Source: Octopus vulgaris
Taxonomy: Eukaryota
Length of the DNA stretch: 64,000 nt
NCBI GenBank assembly: GCA_951406725.2
Contig: OX597825.1
Span: 1,054,001 to 1,118,000, forward strand
Direction of reading: 5' to 3'
Of the stretch, positions 13,653 through 27,225 are shown piece after piece. The notes below the pieces were generated by a model that searched no databases, was not told the origin of the DNA, and saw nothing but the letters and a program-made list of their open reading frames with translations. Made by a program: the position numbers and the translations under genes. Each line of letters opens with the position of its first letter. Position 1 is the first letter of the stretch.

Positions 13653-15369
13653 CTATGTGACAAACTTGCAACCAAGTTCTGTCTACCAAATTCTCTCACA
13701 AAGTATTGATCTGCTTGGGCTGTATAGTAAAAGACAGTGGCTCAAAGTACTATGTGGAACAAGCATGTGAACCACATGGTCACAAAGTGAGCTTCTTAAC
13801 CCCACAACCCTCACTGTACTTATTATGATAGAGCTAAAAAGGGGAAACAATTTAAAACTAAGTGATGCGAGTACACTTCATCCGGGACCGAAATCCAACT
13901 CATTCATTTGATACAATGAGAGTTTTCTGATGTTCAGTGATGCTTGCCACACAAATATTATGACAATGAAAGAAATGGAGATATCTTCGTTTAAATTATC
14001 TTTTAACAAATCTGCCATACTTTTAATATTTTCTTCATCATTAATTTTAGTATTAGCATTTTCCATATTAAAAAAATGGGGTAGGAAATGTTCATTTTAT
14101 ATTTAGAAATTCTAAAATATCAATTTTAAACATGATTAAAGTCAATATTTTAATTTTCCACTTTATTTAACAAACTTTGTAATTTCAAAGCTTCCATATT
14201 TAAAAAAAATGAATAAAAACCAAAACCCTCCACAAAATCATCTTATAATTTGATCTTCATTTCTGAATTTAAAATTAGTGCTGGTTTTAAATCCACATCC
14301 TTATTTTCTCATTTAATATGCTGGTCAGAGGACAGTGTTTATAACAGGAAATCATCAACACACTTTGGATGCTAAATGGAAGTTAATTGATATAAACCAA
14401 AGCACAGAGAGTATCCCAGCTTCTTATTATGTAAATAATATTTTATTACATAAAATAAAAGAAGAAAAAAAAAATCAAGGAAATCTACAAAATGAGAAAA
14501 AAAAAAGAAGAAAGTTGATAAATTATAATCTGGATTGACTTTAATATAAAATCAAAACATGCCTGAAACGTTTTGAACATTCAATGTTTTGGTGTGTGTA
14601 GCAAGCTGATATTCTCAAACATTTCGGTTTCATTGCTGGAGAAAACTTGGATATTGTTAGATTAGAGAAACCCATAAATTTGGCAAAGTTTCGGAGTCAT
14701 GAGAAGAAGAAGAGTGTCCTGACGTTTCAAGTTCTTCAATTTCTAATTTAGATGCAAACCATCCCTTCTTTCCTTAAACTCTTACTTTTTCATTTATTAT
14801 TAGATTGATTGGTTGTTGTATGTTCGTCACAGGTTGCCATAGTTACACATTAATACAAACAATAACATCAGGAAGCATGACACCCACCCCTATCCCAGTA
14901 TGCAAATGATGGCTGTCAGTGTCATGTTGACGGCTATATCATTCATTAGAGTGTTGCAGAGAACCCCTTGAAATGATTTTTCAAGCCTTCTGTGCTTTGA
15001 GTGTAAATCATTCTGCAGCCAGGTTCACCTAGCAACTACCATTTTTGTCTTTTTTTGCAAAGAGGTGGGAAAGAGTCGATAACTAAAGTAACGGTGCAGA
15101 GCAGTGGATTGACAGAATTCTATTGGTGTCGGGGGAGATGCCTTGCTGACTCATTGCATTTGGGGTTCTGCTCCAGTGCTTATAGCCAGGAACTAATGCA
15201 CTGGAACACAGTATCATCTCATCAAGTTTGCAATCGACCAGTTTGGTAACATAAACCTATAATCAACATAAATTAGCTGCCAGCGGCTAATTAAGGCCTT
15301 CATTCAGCGGTGGATTAAAAAAAACCCAGTTGAATGGAATTTTTTTCAAATGATTATTGTCATTTGGCA

Positions 15370-15580
15370 ATGTTTGGCTTGTTCTTTGGCAGAATCATTC
15401 GGGTGTTGGGCAAAAAAGTTCATCTGTCTTTACATTCTAAGTACAAATTCTGCTGAGGCTGACTTTACCTTTCATCTTTTTGGGGTCAATAAATTAAATA
15501 CCAGTTGCGTACTGGAGTTGATGTAATTGATTTACCCCTTCCCCGATATTACTGGCCATGTGCTAAAATTTGAAACCAAT
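15370..15580 (+). mobile_element. SINE family C
   Basis: CTTTCATCTTTTTGGGGTCAATAAATTAAATACCAGTTG central block shared with 27000-27225 and 50517-50730. Confidence 0.75.
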
Positions 15581-17860
15581 ATTTGTATCATTGTCAAAGA
15601 TTTTGCAGAATTAGCTGAGCATTGGAAGTTTAGGAACAAAATGTCTTATATTTTGTTACTTTTTACATTTTGTGTTAAAATCAACTTAGAGTTTCCTCAT
15701 TTTCAGTGTTTTCAAATTAAATACCAGCAGAGTACTGGATGGATATAATTGGTAGTTTCTATAATCAATATCTATGATTGTAGGCCAATGTAAGAAATAA
15801 ATATTTGTCTCATTCCATATAAAAGAGAAGAGTAAGGTTGCAAAATGACACAAAGAAATGGTTGTTACAACAGAAATTTCCATAGGTTTTAACATTTATT
15901 TTTGCTAATTTCAGAAATTGAGAGCTACAGACTTCGGATATTAGAGTTTGATATCTTAAATTTCTAGGCAATTAACTATAAAATTAGTAAAGCTCTATTA
16001 AGAGAGGTCCTCTATAGAATACTGCTTTTGAATTTTAATTGCTGCTGCTAAACACAAGAAGATGGTAGATGACATCCAAAACAAAGCTATTCAGCTTCAA
16101 TACACACTCACCAACACACACCAATACACCTGCTGTCTCTTTTCCCCTCTCCCTGCTTTTTCTATCCCTTCAGAAGAACTAGTATGTTGTTTACTACTTG
16201 CATCCAAGCCCATACAATACATATGTCTCTCCTTCTCTGACTTCCTTGTTGAGTTCTGCCCTTATCCATTCCCCAATTCTTATACCCTACTCACACCATA
16301 ATATCATCCATCTGGGATTTCCTTTCCACTCACATTTTTATTCATCTGCATCACTCTGACCAATCACAGAGGGCCTGCAATGTCCATGGACACAGTCCCT
16401 TCCTCCTGAAAAATACCATTATCATCATCAGTGTATTTATGGACCAATTTCAACCTTAGGCTTTTGACACTCCAAGGACAGTAGAATTTGTAGCCCTTTT
16501 AGAAGGGCAATGCCATGTCAAATTCCATCCCATCCAGTACAATTTTTTTTCATCTTACAATACTCTCAAACAAGGTCGATTTGAGCCAACATCCTAGAAG
16601 TGGCAGCTAAATCTTCTGGAAAATATAGTCTCAGATATACAAAAAGACAGTATAGCTATTGATGGGAAACCTTCAATATTAGGTCTACTCAATCATCGCT
16701 GAACTGGAATTAAACAACATCAACAAGATTTCAACATGAAATAACAGACAAACCTCTGCCACAATCTACCTTCAAATCACAATCTCTCATGTAACATAAT
16801 GAAAAACACATTACAGTTCTAGGTGCACTGTGTCTGAATAGTTAAAAAAAGAGGATGGTCAATGCTAGAACTGCTTGATAGATCTGCTTCATCAAAACTG
16901 AACTCAAGCAATTTTATAGAAAGGAGGCATTAGACAACTACAGTCCTGCACATAATGTTTGAATAAAGGAAGGATAAAGTTGGCTATAACAGGCTTCAAT
17001 ATAAGTGTGCCTACCCTATCAGGAATGGTTTGAAATTAAGAACGTTAACAAATACTCACCTGAAGACATGTGCTCTGTATAATGATCAAATTATTTTTTA
17101 TATAATATCATTTGGTTTTGAATACTCCTAAAATACATCTAGAGGAATTACCTCAGTTCATTTGTCTTCTGGAAGTCTTTAACTAAGTTTGGAATTGTTG
17201 GAAGATACATTGAAGTATTCTTACTTTCTAAAATCATTTAAAGTTTCCAAATGTAAATTACTAGTGTCACCACTTCTATAGAACATTTGTCAGTGAATCC
17301 ATTTACACATTCCTGCAGCTTTGGTTAATCTTGTAGCTCATCTATACACACATATGTTTGTGTTATATCTCAGAATATTTTCCAATCTGTTTATAACAAA
17401 CACTCAGCAGTAAATTTCTCTTGCTCCATGATTAAATTCCATTTCGTTACAACCCAACAGATCTGAAAATTCTGTAGAATTGCTATAAAATACCTTCTAT
17501 AAAATATTTTACATTTAAATGCATTGAACATATCCTTGTGTGGAAGGTCTTGTTTATCCCTGAATTGAAGTAACCCTATTTGATTGATCTGTCTGTCTGT
17601 CTACCTGCCTGCCTACCTACACATACACATATCAAAAACAATAAAAATTCTATCATTTTTAAATCAGTGGAATGTCAAAAACCATTTCAGAGCTGAGAGC
17701 TGTGTATCACACTTGTGATAAATAGTATGCATGGAATTCTCGACCCTTGAGTCATCTTGCTAACTTTCTGTTGATCAAAAGTAATAAAATGCTATATACA
17801 TACTTATGAAGGGAATTTTATTTCTCCTATTTGTTCTGCCATACCTATATATATATACAT

Positions 17861-17921
<61 letters not shown>

Positions 17922-18739
17922 CACACACAGAAGCTAAAAGGCACATACATTATGTATACATGTGTGTGTGCATGTGAGTGTATACGTATAGTATATATAT
18001 GTACGCACAACAAACTATATGCATACAATACATATGTATTGATATATTTATTATATATAATCAATATGCAATGTATATATCATTGTTATCATTATTATTA
18101 TTTACAAACGAAGGAACAAAAAAAGACAAGCATTTCAGACAGTCGACCAATATTTAGAAAGCCGTCAAGCACTATAACTGCTCTCTTATAGAACCACATC
18201 ACATCATTGGCTCGGCACACAAAATCTAAATGAAAAATTCAATTTATTTGAATGTACTAACATCTATGCCTCTTCTTTTGCAAGAACTCTAAGGAAGATC
18301 GTCCTGATATGTTAGATATGATGAATGGCAGTAGATATCATGGGTCAAATCACTTGATAGCTTATGACACTGAGTGCTGTTCAAAACCTTGAAGCATTAT
18401 CCATTATTTCTTCCAGCACTGTGATAACTTCAATCAACCACACAAAAGTAGCTGGCTGTATAAAGCATATAATAGGTATGGGTTTGTTATCCTGATTCTA
18501 ATAGATGGGTGCATGCCCCTCACACACACACACACACATACACTCATATATACATAAATATATATGTATCTGTGTAAACTGCAATGCACTGCTCTGTAGA
18601 GGATTCTGTCTAATATGTCTCCTTTATTAAAAAGAGAAAGATCTCAGAGATAAAGACTGGACCAAGTATTTTTGATTTAAAACCAATAATGACCACCACT
18701 GAGCATACTACTATAACCATTAAAAGAAAACAAAAACCA

Positions 18740-18960
18740 GTTTAAAATTATCAAGAACATCGATTTCTTAAACCATATAAACCTATTTCGGAAAGAACTA
18801 AAATTGAAAAGAATTGATAACAATGTCTTTATCCTTTCTGATAAAACTGAAAACTTATATCTAATGGACAAACATAAATGCCAGTGATTCTTATCGAAGT
18901 GATTTCCAACATTATAACAAAAAAAAAAAGAGTAGTTTTCTAACCCTACATGATATCAAC
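18740..18960 (+). mobile_element. Penelope-like element RT N-terminal relic
   Basis: Peptide IIKNIDFLNHINLFRKELKLKRIDNNVFILSDKTENLYLMDK resembles the PLE motif (FVxADKTxNxYxM). Confidence 0.5.
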
Positions 18961-19134
18961 ACAGTAATTGGAGACTTCATTTATATTGGATGAGTCTGTA
19001 AGACATTGAAAATTATAAGTATTTAAATATAACCTCCAACAATTCCAAATTAAGTCAGAATCTAACAGAAAACAAAAGAACTGTGATCATTCCTATAAAG
19101 TTATTTACTAAGTAAAAATGCTGGTTCTAACATC

Positions 19135-19740
19135 TAACAGTAGTTGTACTAACAAGTGATGTTCAAGGCTACTTGAACATGGCTGTCCATTTGAAAGGAC
19201 TTCACTGCAATTTTTTAATCCCAAGAGGACATCACCTCTCGCTGGTTAATGATGCACAGCTGTACCCAAGATATTGCAAGCAGAGGAGGAAACCACTGCC
19301 ACCTTCTAGCGACAGGACCACAGACCAACCTGGTTTTGGGCTATTTCTGCCTTTCTTCAGTACTGGATACCTCGTTTGCTAGAAATGGCAGTAGCTCGCA
19401 ATATATATAATTTCAAGCAATGTACAGTTGTTGATTTTGCAACAAGCAAAAATACTAGTTCTAAAATCTTTCTAGGAAATCAACGCAGTAGTTGTTCTAA
19501 TAATTAATGTCCGTAGCCCCTTCAACATGGCTGTCCATTGAAATGGACTTTACTGCAAAGGCTACAAACATTACTTGCATTGATCTCTTAGAGAAATTGC
19601 AATATCTTGGATGCAGTTGTGCATTGTTAACCAGCTTGAGGAGATGTCCTCTTGGGGTTGAAAAATCACAGTAAAGTTTGTTTGAATGGACAGCCATGTT
19701 AAAGTGGCTACACACATTACCTGTTATTTGCCAACTGTTA
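19135..19740. repeat. Fold-back/MITE-like element with ~145-bp imperfect inverted arms
   Basis: 19135-19280 (..AACATGGCTGTCCATT..CCCAAGAGGACATC..GCTGGTTAA..CCAAGATATTGCAA) is inverted at 19597-19740; partial direct copy at 19513-19560. Confidence 0.8.
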
Positions 19741-21499
19741 TAAATATTTAAAAAAATTAACATATTTTGACCTCCGTTTTGAATACATTACTTAAGGTTA
19801 TAATCTATGCGACTAACAAAGAGGCCCTACTTCTACTGAATTCCCTATGAGACAGGAAAACAGCCAAGGCATATGATCCCTTATTTGATATGGGCACCAG
19901 AAACTAATCTATTTTCATTTACCTTATATAGGTAATAATAAAGTTTGTGAGAAGAAATGAAGGAATTGTTTCTTATTTTATTTATATATTGTACAGGTAA
20001 AGAAAGTTTCCAAAATTTGCAATAAAATGAAATAAAATGAAATAATATAAAATATTTACATTTAAGAATGCTTGTGCTGCTAATTCATTATTATTAATAT
20101 ACTTTTTTCTGTACTCTACCATAAAAGTTATTTTTCATTCACACACACACACACACTGATACAAAGTCTTAGTATTGCTTGTTGTGAATGAAGCAGACCA
20201 CAAGAAATGGAGAGAGCTCAATGTGATTCAGCAGAATAATTGATTTTAGGACATTGTTGACTTGGCTGCAATGTGTGTGTGTGTGTGTGTGTGTGCACCA
20301 AATGCAAGTAAACAGTTTACTAAAATATAAAACAAATACTAAATTACATTTATCAGATGATGGAAGGCAGACTTGGTTTGACAAAAGATTTTTATAATTT
20401 TACACAATTCTCTTTGAAGGAATACAGCAATATATGAACTGCTATTCATTCCCATATTATTGCAATAAACAGCAATGTGAGGAAAGGTGTCATCATAAGT
20501 GGTAAATCCATGTCCTCCACCCATTTATGAGTCTCACCTCTAACACAGAATTAAGGAATAAATCAAAACGTCTTCATCATCAGTGATAAATCACCTTCAC
20601 CATTAAATACAGAACAACAAAACACTATATATATATACATGTGTGTGTATATATATATATCCTGAGAAAGAAGCAAGTAATTTTCACATTTACCTGAAAG
20701 CTTTATACTTTCATAAGCATACGATCTATAATAATCCTCTGCTTACTGTCTCTTTTGCAAGAGACCTGCTAAGAAAAGACAAAAAATCTGGAGACAAAAA
20801 TAACATCAGAGCTGTATTCAAGATTAACATTATACCATCTGGATTTCTCACCAGACAGAATGACACATGCCCCAGCAGGTTTAAAGAACGGAAAGTAAAG
20901 AAAGAATTGCATTTATAACACCTAATGTATTTGCAGAAGGTTTTACACAGGAAACTGAACAATCTTGAAGATTACAATGTAAAAAATTGAAACAAAAACA
21001 TCAACATTTTCTAATCAGAGGACATGCATCAATGTCAAAAGTGTGTCATGAAAATGGAAATGATATTTTGCTTTAGAATAAGATTGTTTTATCATACATG
21101 AAGAGCCACAATGAAACACAGATAAATCAGTCAAATATATAAGTATTTATATATACATACATATATAAATATATAATATAGATTAAAAAAATCAACCAGT
21201 AAGCCTGGAGCAAATTTCATCTATTAACATTTGGCTGAAAACAAGTTTAAAGATGCTCCAAAATTGACGAAAGATATCCTAGCCACCATGTCATATTTGT
21301 TAAGGATTAAATGTTCCCAAGTTTGAATTCTTCTAGGGGTCGGTGTATAAAACAGGGGACAGGTTAAATAGAATTGACAAGTAAATACTTCAATTAAAAC
21401 TGTAGACTGGAAGAATTGAAACAGTTTGGATATTCTAAACTACAGCTTTTATGTGTATCAGAGTTCTGATGTTTGAATAATTGGCAAATAGGCTAGAGT

Positions 21500-21830
21500 T
21501 AGAATTGAAGAATTTATCCAAGTTCTTTAACTAGAACAAAGGGTTTTTTGATAGTTCCTTAGGATAATTTGGTTTTGATGGTTGGAGCTTCTGAAAAAAT
21601 AGATCTAACAGTAATTTCTGTTCTCTGCTGGATAATAAATTTCTTTCATCCATTCCACTGTTTACGTCCGTAATTACAGACAAAAGATTCAATGATTTAC
21701 TTTAACAAGTGCTTTGGGAAAGTCAAATATCATGGTGTCTACTTCCTCCTCTATGTCAGTGATCAAAACTTAGAGAACCTCCATGTCTTCTAGTTGTGAT
21801 GGTTTTGATAAGGTGTTGTTGTTAACATAA
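21500..21830 (-). mobile_element. Highly decayed CR1/Jockey-group RT fragment
   Basis: EEVDTMIFDFPKA (like VDxIYLDFAKAF), LSSREQK and PKGTIKKP (like PQGTVLGP) in the right order, across frameshifts. Confidence 0.4.
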
Positions 21831-23012
21831 AGATGGCATTAAATGCTGACAAGGAATTTGGCAAGGAACTAGCATACATGACGAACACCCTTAAAACAAG
21901 AAATTTTAAAAGGTACACCCTAATTTTTTTTTTCATTTTTATAACGATCCCATTTTTGTGAATACAAATATGAGAACATCAATAACTGGTATCAGTAAGC
22001 TATAGATTCCTAAGTTTTGAATTTATATTTTTAATTCTTACTCTTAAGAAAATTTCCTATTAAACCATTTGGTGTTGGCAGAATTCTAAAATAGTAAGTT
22101 GTAAAAGGATGTAACAAGAATGATGTCTCATGATTTCGGCTGTTTTAATGGAGTTAACTAAGACTCACAATCGTTTCCAAGTCTGTACAGAACAAACATC
22201 TGACAAGTTGAATTCATTAAAGACTGGGTTTCAATATATTTGTCTGTAGAATGGGTAATATTCAAGAAGTAGGAATTGAAGGGAAACAGTTGAATGCAGA
22301 GACTATTTGTGTAACTGTTGACTGAAGATGGAAATATTTTTTTTAAAGGTTATATCTCTTGGGTAAAAGGACAAAAAGGACAATAGACAGGAAAAGAAAG
22401 CTAAGTGTACACAATGGAACTCTGAGGGTGATGCAAATGCAGAGACGTTGAGAAAAAGGAAATCTGTTTCTATGAGAAATCTTTCAAGTGTGACAAGATT
22501 TGTTGCTCTGAGGAAGAAAAGAAGTCTCCTGCTTCAGGCAGAAACTTGTTTTTGAAGAGAATTAATGTTTGATTCAATATGTAATAAATTTTATCTCCTT
22601 CCAAATAAAATAAGAAAAAAACCCCTCACAAAAACCAAAAATAAAACCAAAATAAAACTAAAAACAAATATAAAGAAAGATTTTGTTCTTGAAGATTTAT
22701 TGCTATTGATGAAAATAAAGATACTGCTGATGTTCATCATCAATACAAACATCGATAGATCAATAGAAGGGTAATGAGCTAATGAGAAGGCTTCTATGTG
22801 TTCTCCCATATTGCTAGTAATAGCAGCCAAGTGTAACAGGAAATGCACAGTCTTAGCTGAAAATCTGAAAGACATACTGGATAATGAAGATTTTGCTGTC
22901 CTACACCTGGAAAGAGAATTAGGAAAATCATGGTTTGAATGTCTTTGCTGAAAGCAACAACAATGGAAAAGAACACAAAAGCAACTACAACCAGTGTCTA
23001 AATCATAGTTAA

Positions 23013-23223
23013 CCCTTTTGCCTTTAATCCAACCAAATCTGGCTCAAATATTCTACCAGCTTTATGTTCATATTGGCCAAATCTGGCCTCTCACACCTAC
23101 CCAACAATGTCTTTCTAAAGATGACAAACACACATCATTGAAATCTGAGATAATGCATGATTAATTGAAAGCAATGGGAATACCTAAGCATCACAATTGA
23201 CAGAGTGTCTGAATGCTAAAAGG
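23013..23223. mobile_element. piggyBac-type MITE
   Basis: TTAA|CCCTTTTGCCTTTA ... TGAATGCTAAAAGG|TTAA: TTAA on both sides with short imperfect TIRs. Confidence 0.7.
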
Positions 23224-23812
23224 TTAATCCTGTAAATTAATGTTTTTTTAAGTCAGAAGCTCTGTCCTGTTATGGTTCTGTTACAGAACAAGAATCAATG
23301 AAAGAGGAAGGGACAAGAGTTTTTTCCCTCTTACATTAAAGAATTCTTCACTTTCTTCAAAATGAAGCAAGGTAAATGCATTACTTGTGATCTCAGGCAT
23401 TTCAGAACTTGTGAGATCATTTCCCACAAGAAGCTAAAAGTTGGTCATGGTCCCTAATTTATGATATTAACATAGATTTGATTAGTCCACAAAACAGCAT
23501 CTCTTCATAAATATCAGTTATTTGGCATCTATGGAGACCAGTATTGTGAGATATACCAAAATCACTTTCTTGGAAGTATTCTTAGTTCTATACACCTAAT
23601 ACTCTCTCCCATCATCTTGCAACCATTTTCCAGCAATTATCCAAATTGAATGATATTCCTGAATCATATCTCCTCCTCCTCCTTCTCTTCCCTCCCTCCC
23701 TCCATTTATGTATTTACCACTCAATCTATATTTGATGAATTCACCAGGAATACAACAGCACTAGTCATGTTTTATCATTACATACATACGTATGTATGCT
23801 TCTGACAGCATG

Positions 23813-24350
23813 TAACCCAGTACAACCTGTTGCATGATCAGGCCTTCAGCAATTAAGCTAGCAACTGTATCTAACTTACTTGGTAAGGAAGATGGTCTTT
23901 GTTGGACATCTTTCTGGATGAAAAAGAATGGATATGTTCAGCAGTCAACGGTCATCTGATAGCTGAGAGTGAGGGACCATGGTCTTTGTTTAGACATTTT
24001 TCTAAGACAAGGAAAAGTTTTATATAACACCAGTAACTTTGTTTGCATTCAATGATGTGGACTAGTTTTGTTAGGTCAATGCATTCATTGTTTAGAAAGT
24101 GGGATTTGCTCCCCCATGCAAGGCCTGTCCTCACTTCAAAAAGTTTCAAGTGCAAGATTCACATGACTTTTAACATCTCTATGTGTTACATACAATGGCT
24201 GGCTGTATCTGAGAAATGCAGAACACTCAATGGAAATTTCCATAATAGAATGAAGGAATATGTAAGGATGGATAGTAAGCTTGCTGAACACCTGTTTCAA
24301 GAGGCACCCATCATTGCCAAATCTGTGTAAAAAAAGTGTTGGTTTTTTGC
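23813..24350 (+). mobile_element. 5' fragment of an RTE-like LINE (leader region)
   Basis: CAGTACAACCTGTTGCATG...TTACTTGGTAAGGA..GTTGGACA is homologous to reverse-complement 6060-6180 and to 63129-63470. Confidence 0.6.
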
Positions 24351-24893
24351 AGGACTGAAAAGACATATTTTTACTATTTATAATTAAGAGAATTATCAGG
24401 GAGGGGGGGTATTGCTTAAAATCAAATTGCAGCCATCACACGTGCATGGAAAGCTAAATACTGATTACAGAGTAAAGACAAAGAAAATAAAACAGAGCAG
24501 AAGACTTATGTAAAATCTTATCCCGACAGCTGTTTTGAGATAGCCGTAACTTACACAATAAATTTTGTGTGCCAAATTTCACAGCTCTACCATCACTTCT
24601 TCATAGTCAGCCTATGACATTTTCAATCCACCTTCGTATGTACTTATATTTTTTTATCTTTCAGTCACTGAACTATAGCCAGGTGGCAGCACCACCAATG
24701 GTTTTAGTCAATGACACTGAACCCGGCTCTTAGTTTGATACTTAATTTAGAAGACAGCAGAAGACACCCCTGCCCAAGGTGCCATGCAGTGGGACTCAAT
24801 TTGGAAGGATGATGGTTTTGGGAAGAGAAAACTTCTTAACTGCAAAGCAGTTACATTTAGAAATGGGCAAATCAGCATTCATATAGATGTGTA

Positions 24894-24971
<78 letters not shown>

Positions 24972-26999
24972 AGAGGGAGAGAGAGAGCAGAATAACCTTC
25001 ACTTGCAAGCAGGCATGACTTGGTAGCATGTGCCACATTTCTGGTAATTGTATTTGGAGCCTATTTAGTTGTGAGCAGATATTGAGATCACCTTGTTCCT
25101 CCCATCCTTGACCCAGAAGAATATCAAGGATATGATAGCTGGGGAGGGGTAAGGGTAGAAATGGTTATGCCAGAACTTGACAGTTCCTTAATTTCTACTG
25201 AGAAGGAAAGAACAACATATTCTTGTTCAAGAGCACAAATCACTGCCTGGTCCAGGAATTGAACTCATAGTTATGAGGCTAACACTCTAACTACTAAGCC
25301 ATATACTTTCATTATCTTTCAATCTGCCTGTCTGCACACACACACCATTTCAATGTCCACTTTTCCATGCGTGTGTAAGTCAGATGGAATTTGCCCCATG
25401 TGTATGAGTGTGTGTGTATATATATATATGTTTATACAAATGTATACTTTATATATTTGTTGTATATATGTGTTTGCACACACACACACATATATACCCA
25501 AATTTCGCTGTTCATATATGATAACACTTGCGATGTTCGATCCCATTTCTATTCATCTCATTACTATATTCTAGAATAACAAATATTCCATCCTGATATA
25601 AATCAGAATAATTTTTATCATTTAAAAAAATATAAAAACAAAATGAAAAAAATTAAGTTTTGAAATTTTAAGTGTACATAAAATTATGTACATTTTAAAG
25701 ATTTTAATATTCATTTCTACTGAGACATACAAAGTACCATATTACTATAAATTATATTTGAAACCAAATAATACATTGTATACATCATTCAAATTGTAAA
25801 GTCTCCCTCTCTTTTTCATGTTTAATTTATATTATACGAGTAGAGAATCTGCATTTCTTAATTTATTTTTTCTTCACTGTGTGCTTCAATTATTCAATTT
25901 CAGATTGAAATTCACATAGAAAGTGTACTTTTATTTGGAAAGCAATTCAAATAATTTTTAGCAGTTTTATGAAGGAAAATATCTTTAGTATTTCACACCA
26001 TACACATATCTCAAATGATTTCTTGTTAAATAAATAATTTTTTTTTCTCTATGTAATATTTGTAACATATGTTGACAATGTCCAGGGATTAACTGTAAAA
26101 TAAATCTTGTATAATATCTTGTAGTTGGCCATTTCCCATGTGAATCTTTTAAGAAACAATATAAACAATTTTTAAGTCATTGTTAAATGTGTTCTGGGAA
26201 TATTCTAATATCATGTAGAGTTACTGTTGTATCTCTTTTTGAAATTCTCTACAGGAACAGAATTTACATTTATGTTTTACTGTTTGGGGAAAAATGTTGT
26301 TTGAAAATAATTTTTTCCTCAATACACAGTACTTATTTCTTGTAATCTAGAAATTTACATTTTTTAAGCACTAATATGTTGTTTTTTTTTTCCTTCACAC
26401 CTCCAATAAAGTTAAATATTAATTCCCAACAGTAAGTGAAGTCTTTGAAACAATAAAATTAGAAATATTTTCTCTCAATCAAAGATAAACATACTTTTTT
26501 ATTTAGATATTACAAGTTATATGTTACCTTTTAGAAAATTTTAAAACTTGTATTACACATATTTAAATAACATTTAACACTATCAAAAACACATAACATA
26601 TTAGGCTATAAATCTACCGTTTTGTATTAATGGAAGCTATCTGTCTACATGAGCCATGTGGGAACTGACAAATGCCAGGTGAAATAAAGAAAAGTTTTAA
26701 CAACATTGTCATGCTGATTTAGAATATGTCTGTAGTATGAAAGATACTCCAAATTTTTAACTATACTATCTGGAAATTTGTTATTAGTGATGAAAGCAGC
26801 ATTAGTTCAGAACAACCTTCTGTTTGCTAATCTGAACGAATGCTGCTTCTGTCACTAATAACGAATCTTTGCCCAGACTACCAGCTGCTTGTTGCACAAT
26901 GTTTTTCTATATCAGTGGAGGTTATGCTTGTCTAAGCATGTGCAGGTGATAGTGGATGTTTGCTGCAGATGATGTGCAAAGATGTAGAAATCTAGATTT

Positions 27000-27225
27000 A
27001 AGGCGGTGAGCTGGCATGCTGGGTGAAATGCGTAGCCGTATTTTGTCTGCCGTTACATCCTGAGTTCAAATTCCACCAAGGTCGACTTTGCCTTTCGTCC
27101 TTTCAGGGTCGATAAATTAAGTACCAGTTATGCACTGGAGTCGATGTAATCAACTTAATCCCTTTGTCTGTCCTTGTTCGTCCCCTCTGTGTTTAGCCCC
27201 TTGTGGGTAACAAAGAAATAAGAAA
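27000..27225 (+). mobile_element. SINE family C, well preserved
   Basis: AAGGCGGTGAGCTGGCA..GAGTTCAAATTCC (B box)..GCCTTTCGTCCTTTCAGGGTCGATAAATTAAGTACCAG..AAAGAAATAAGAAAT tail. Confidence 0.85.
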
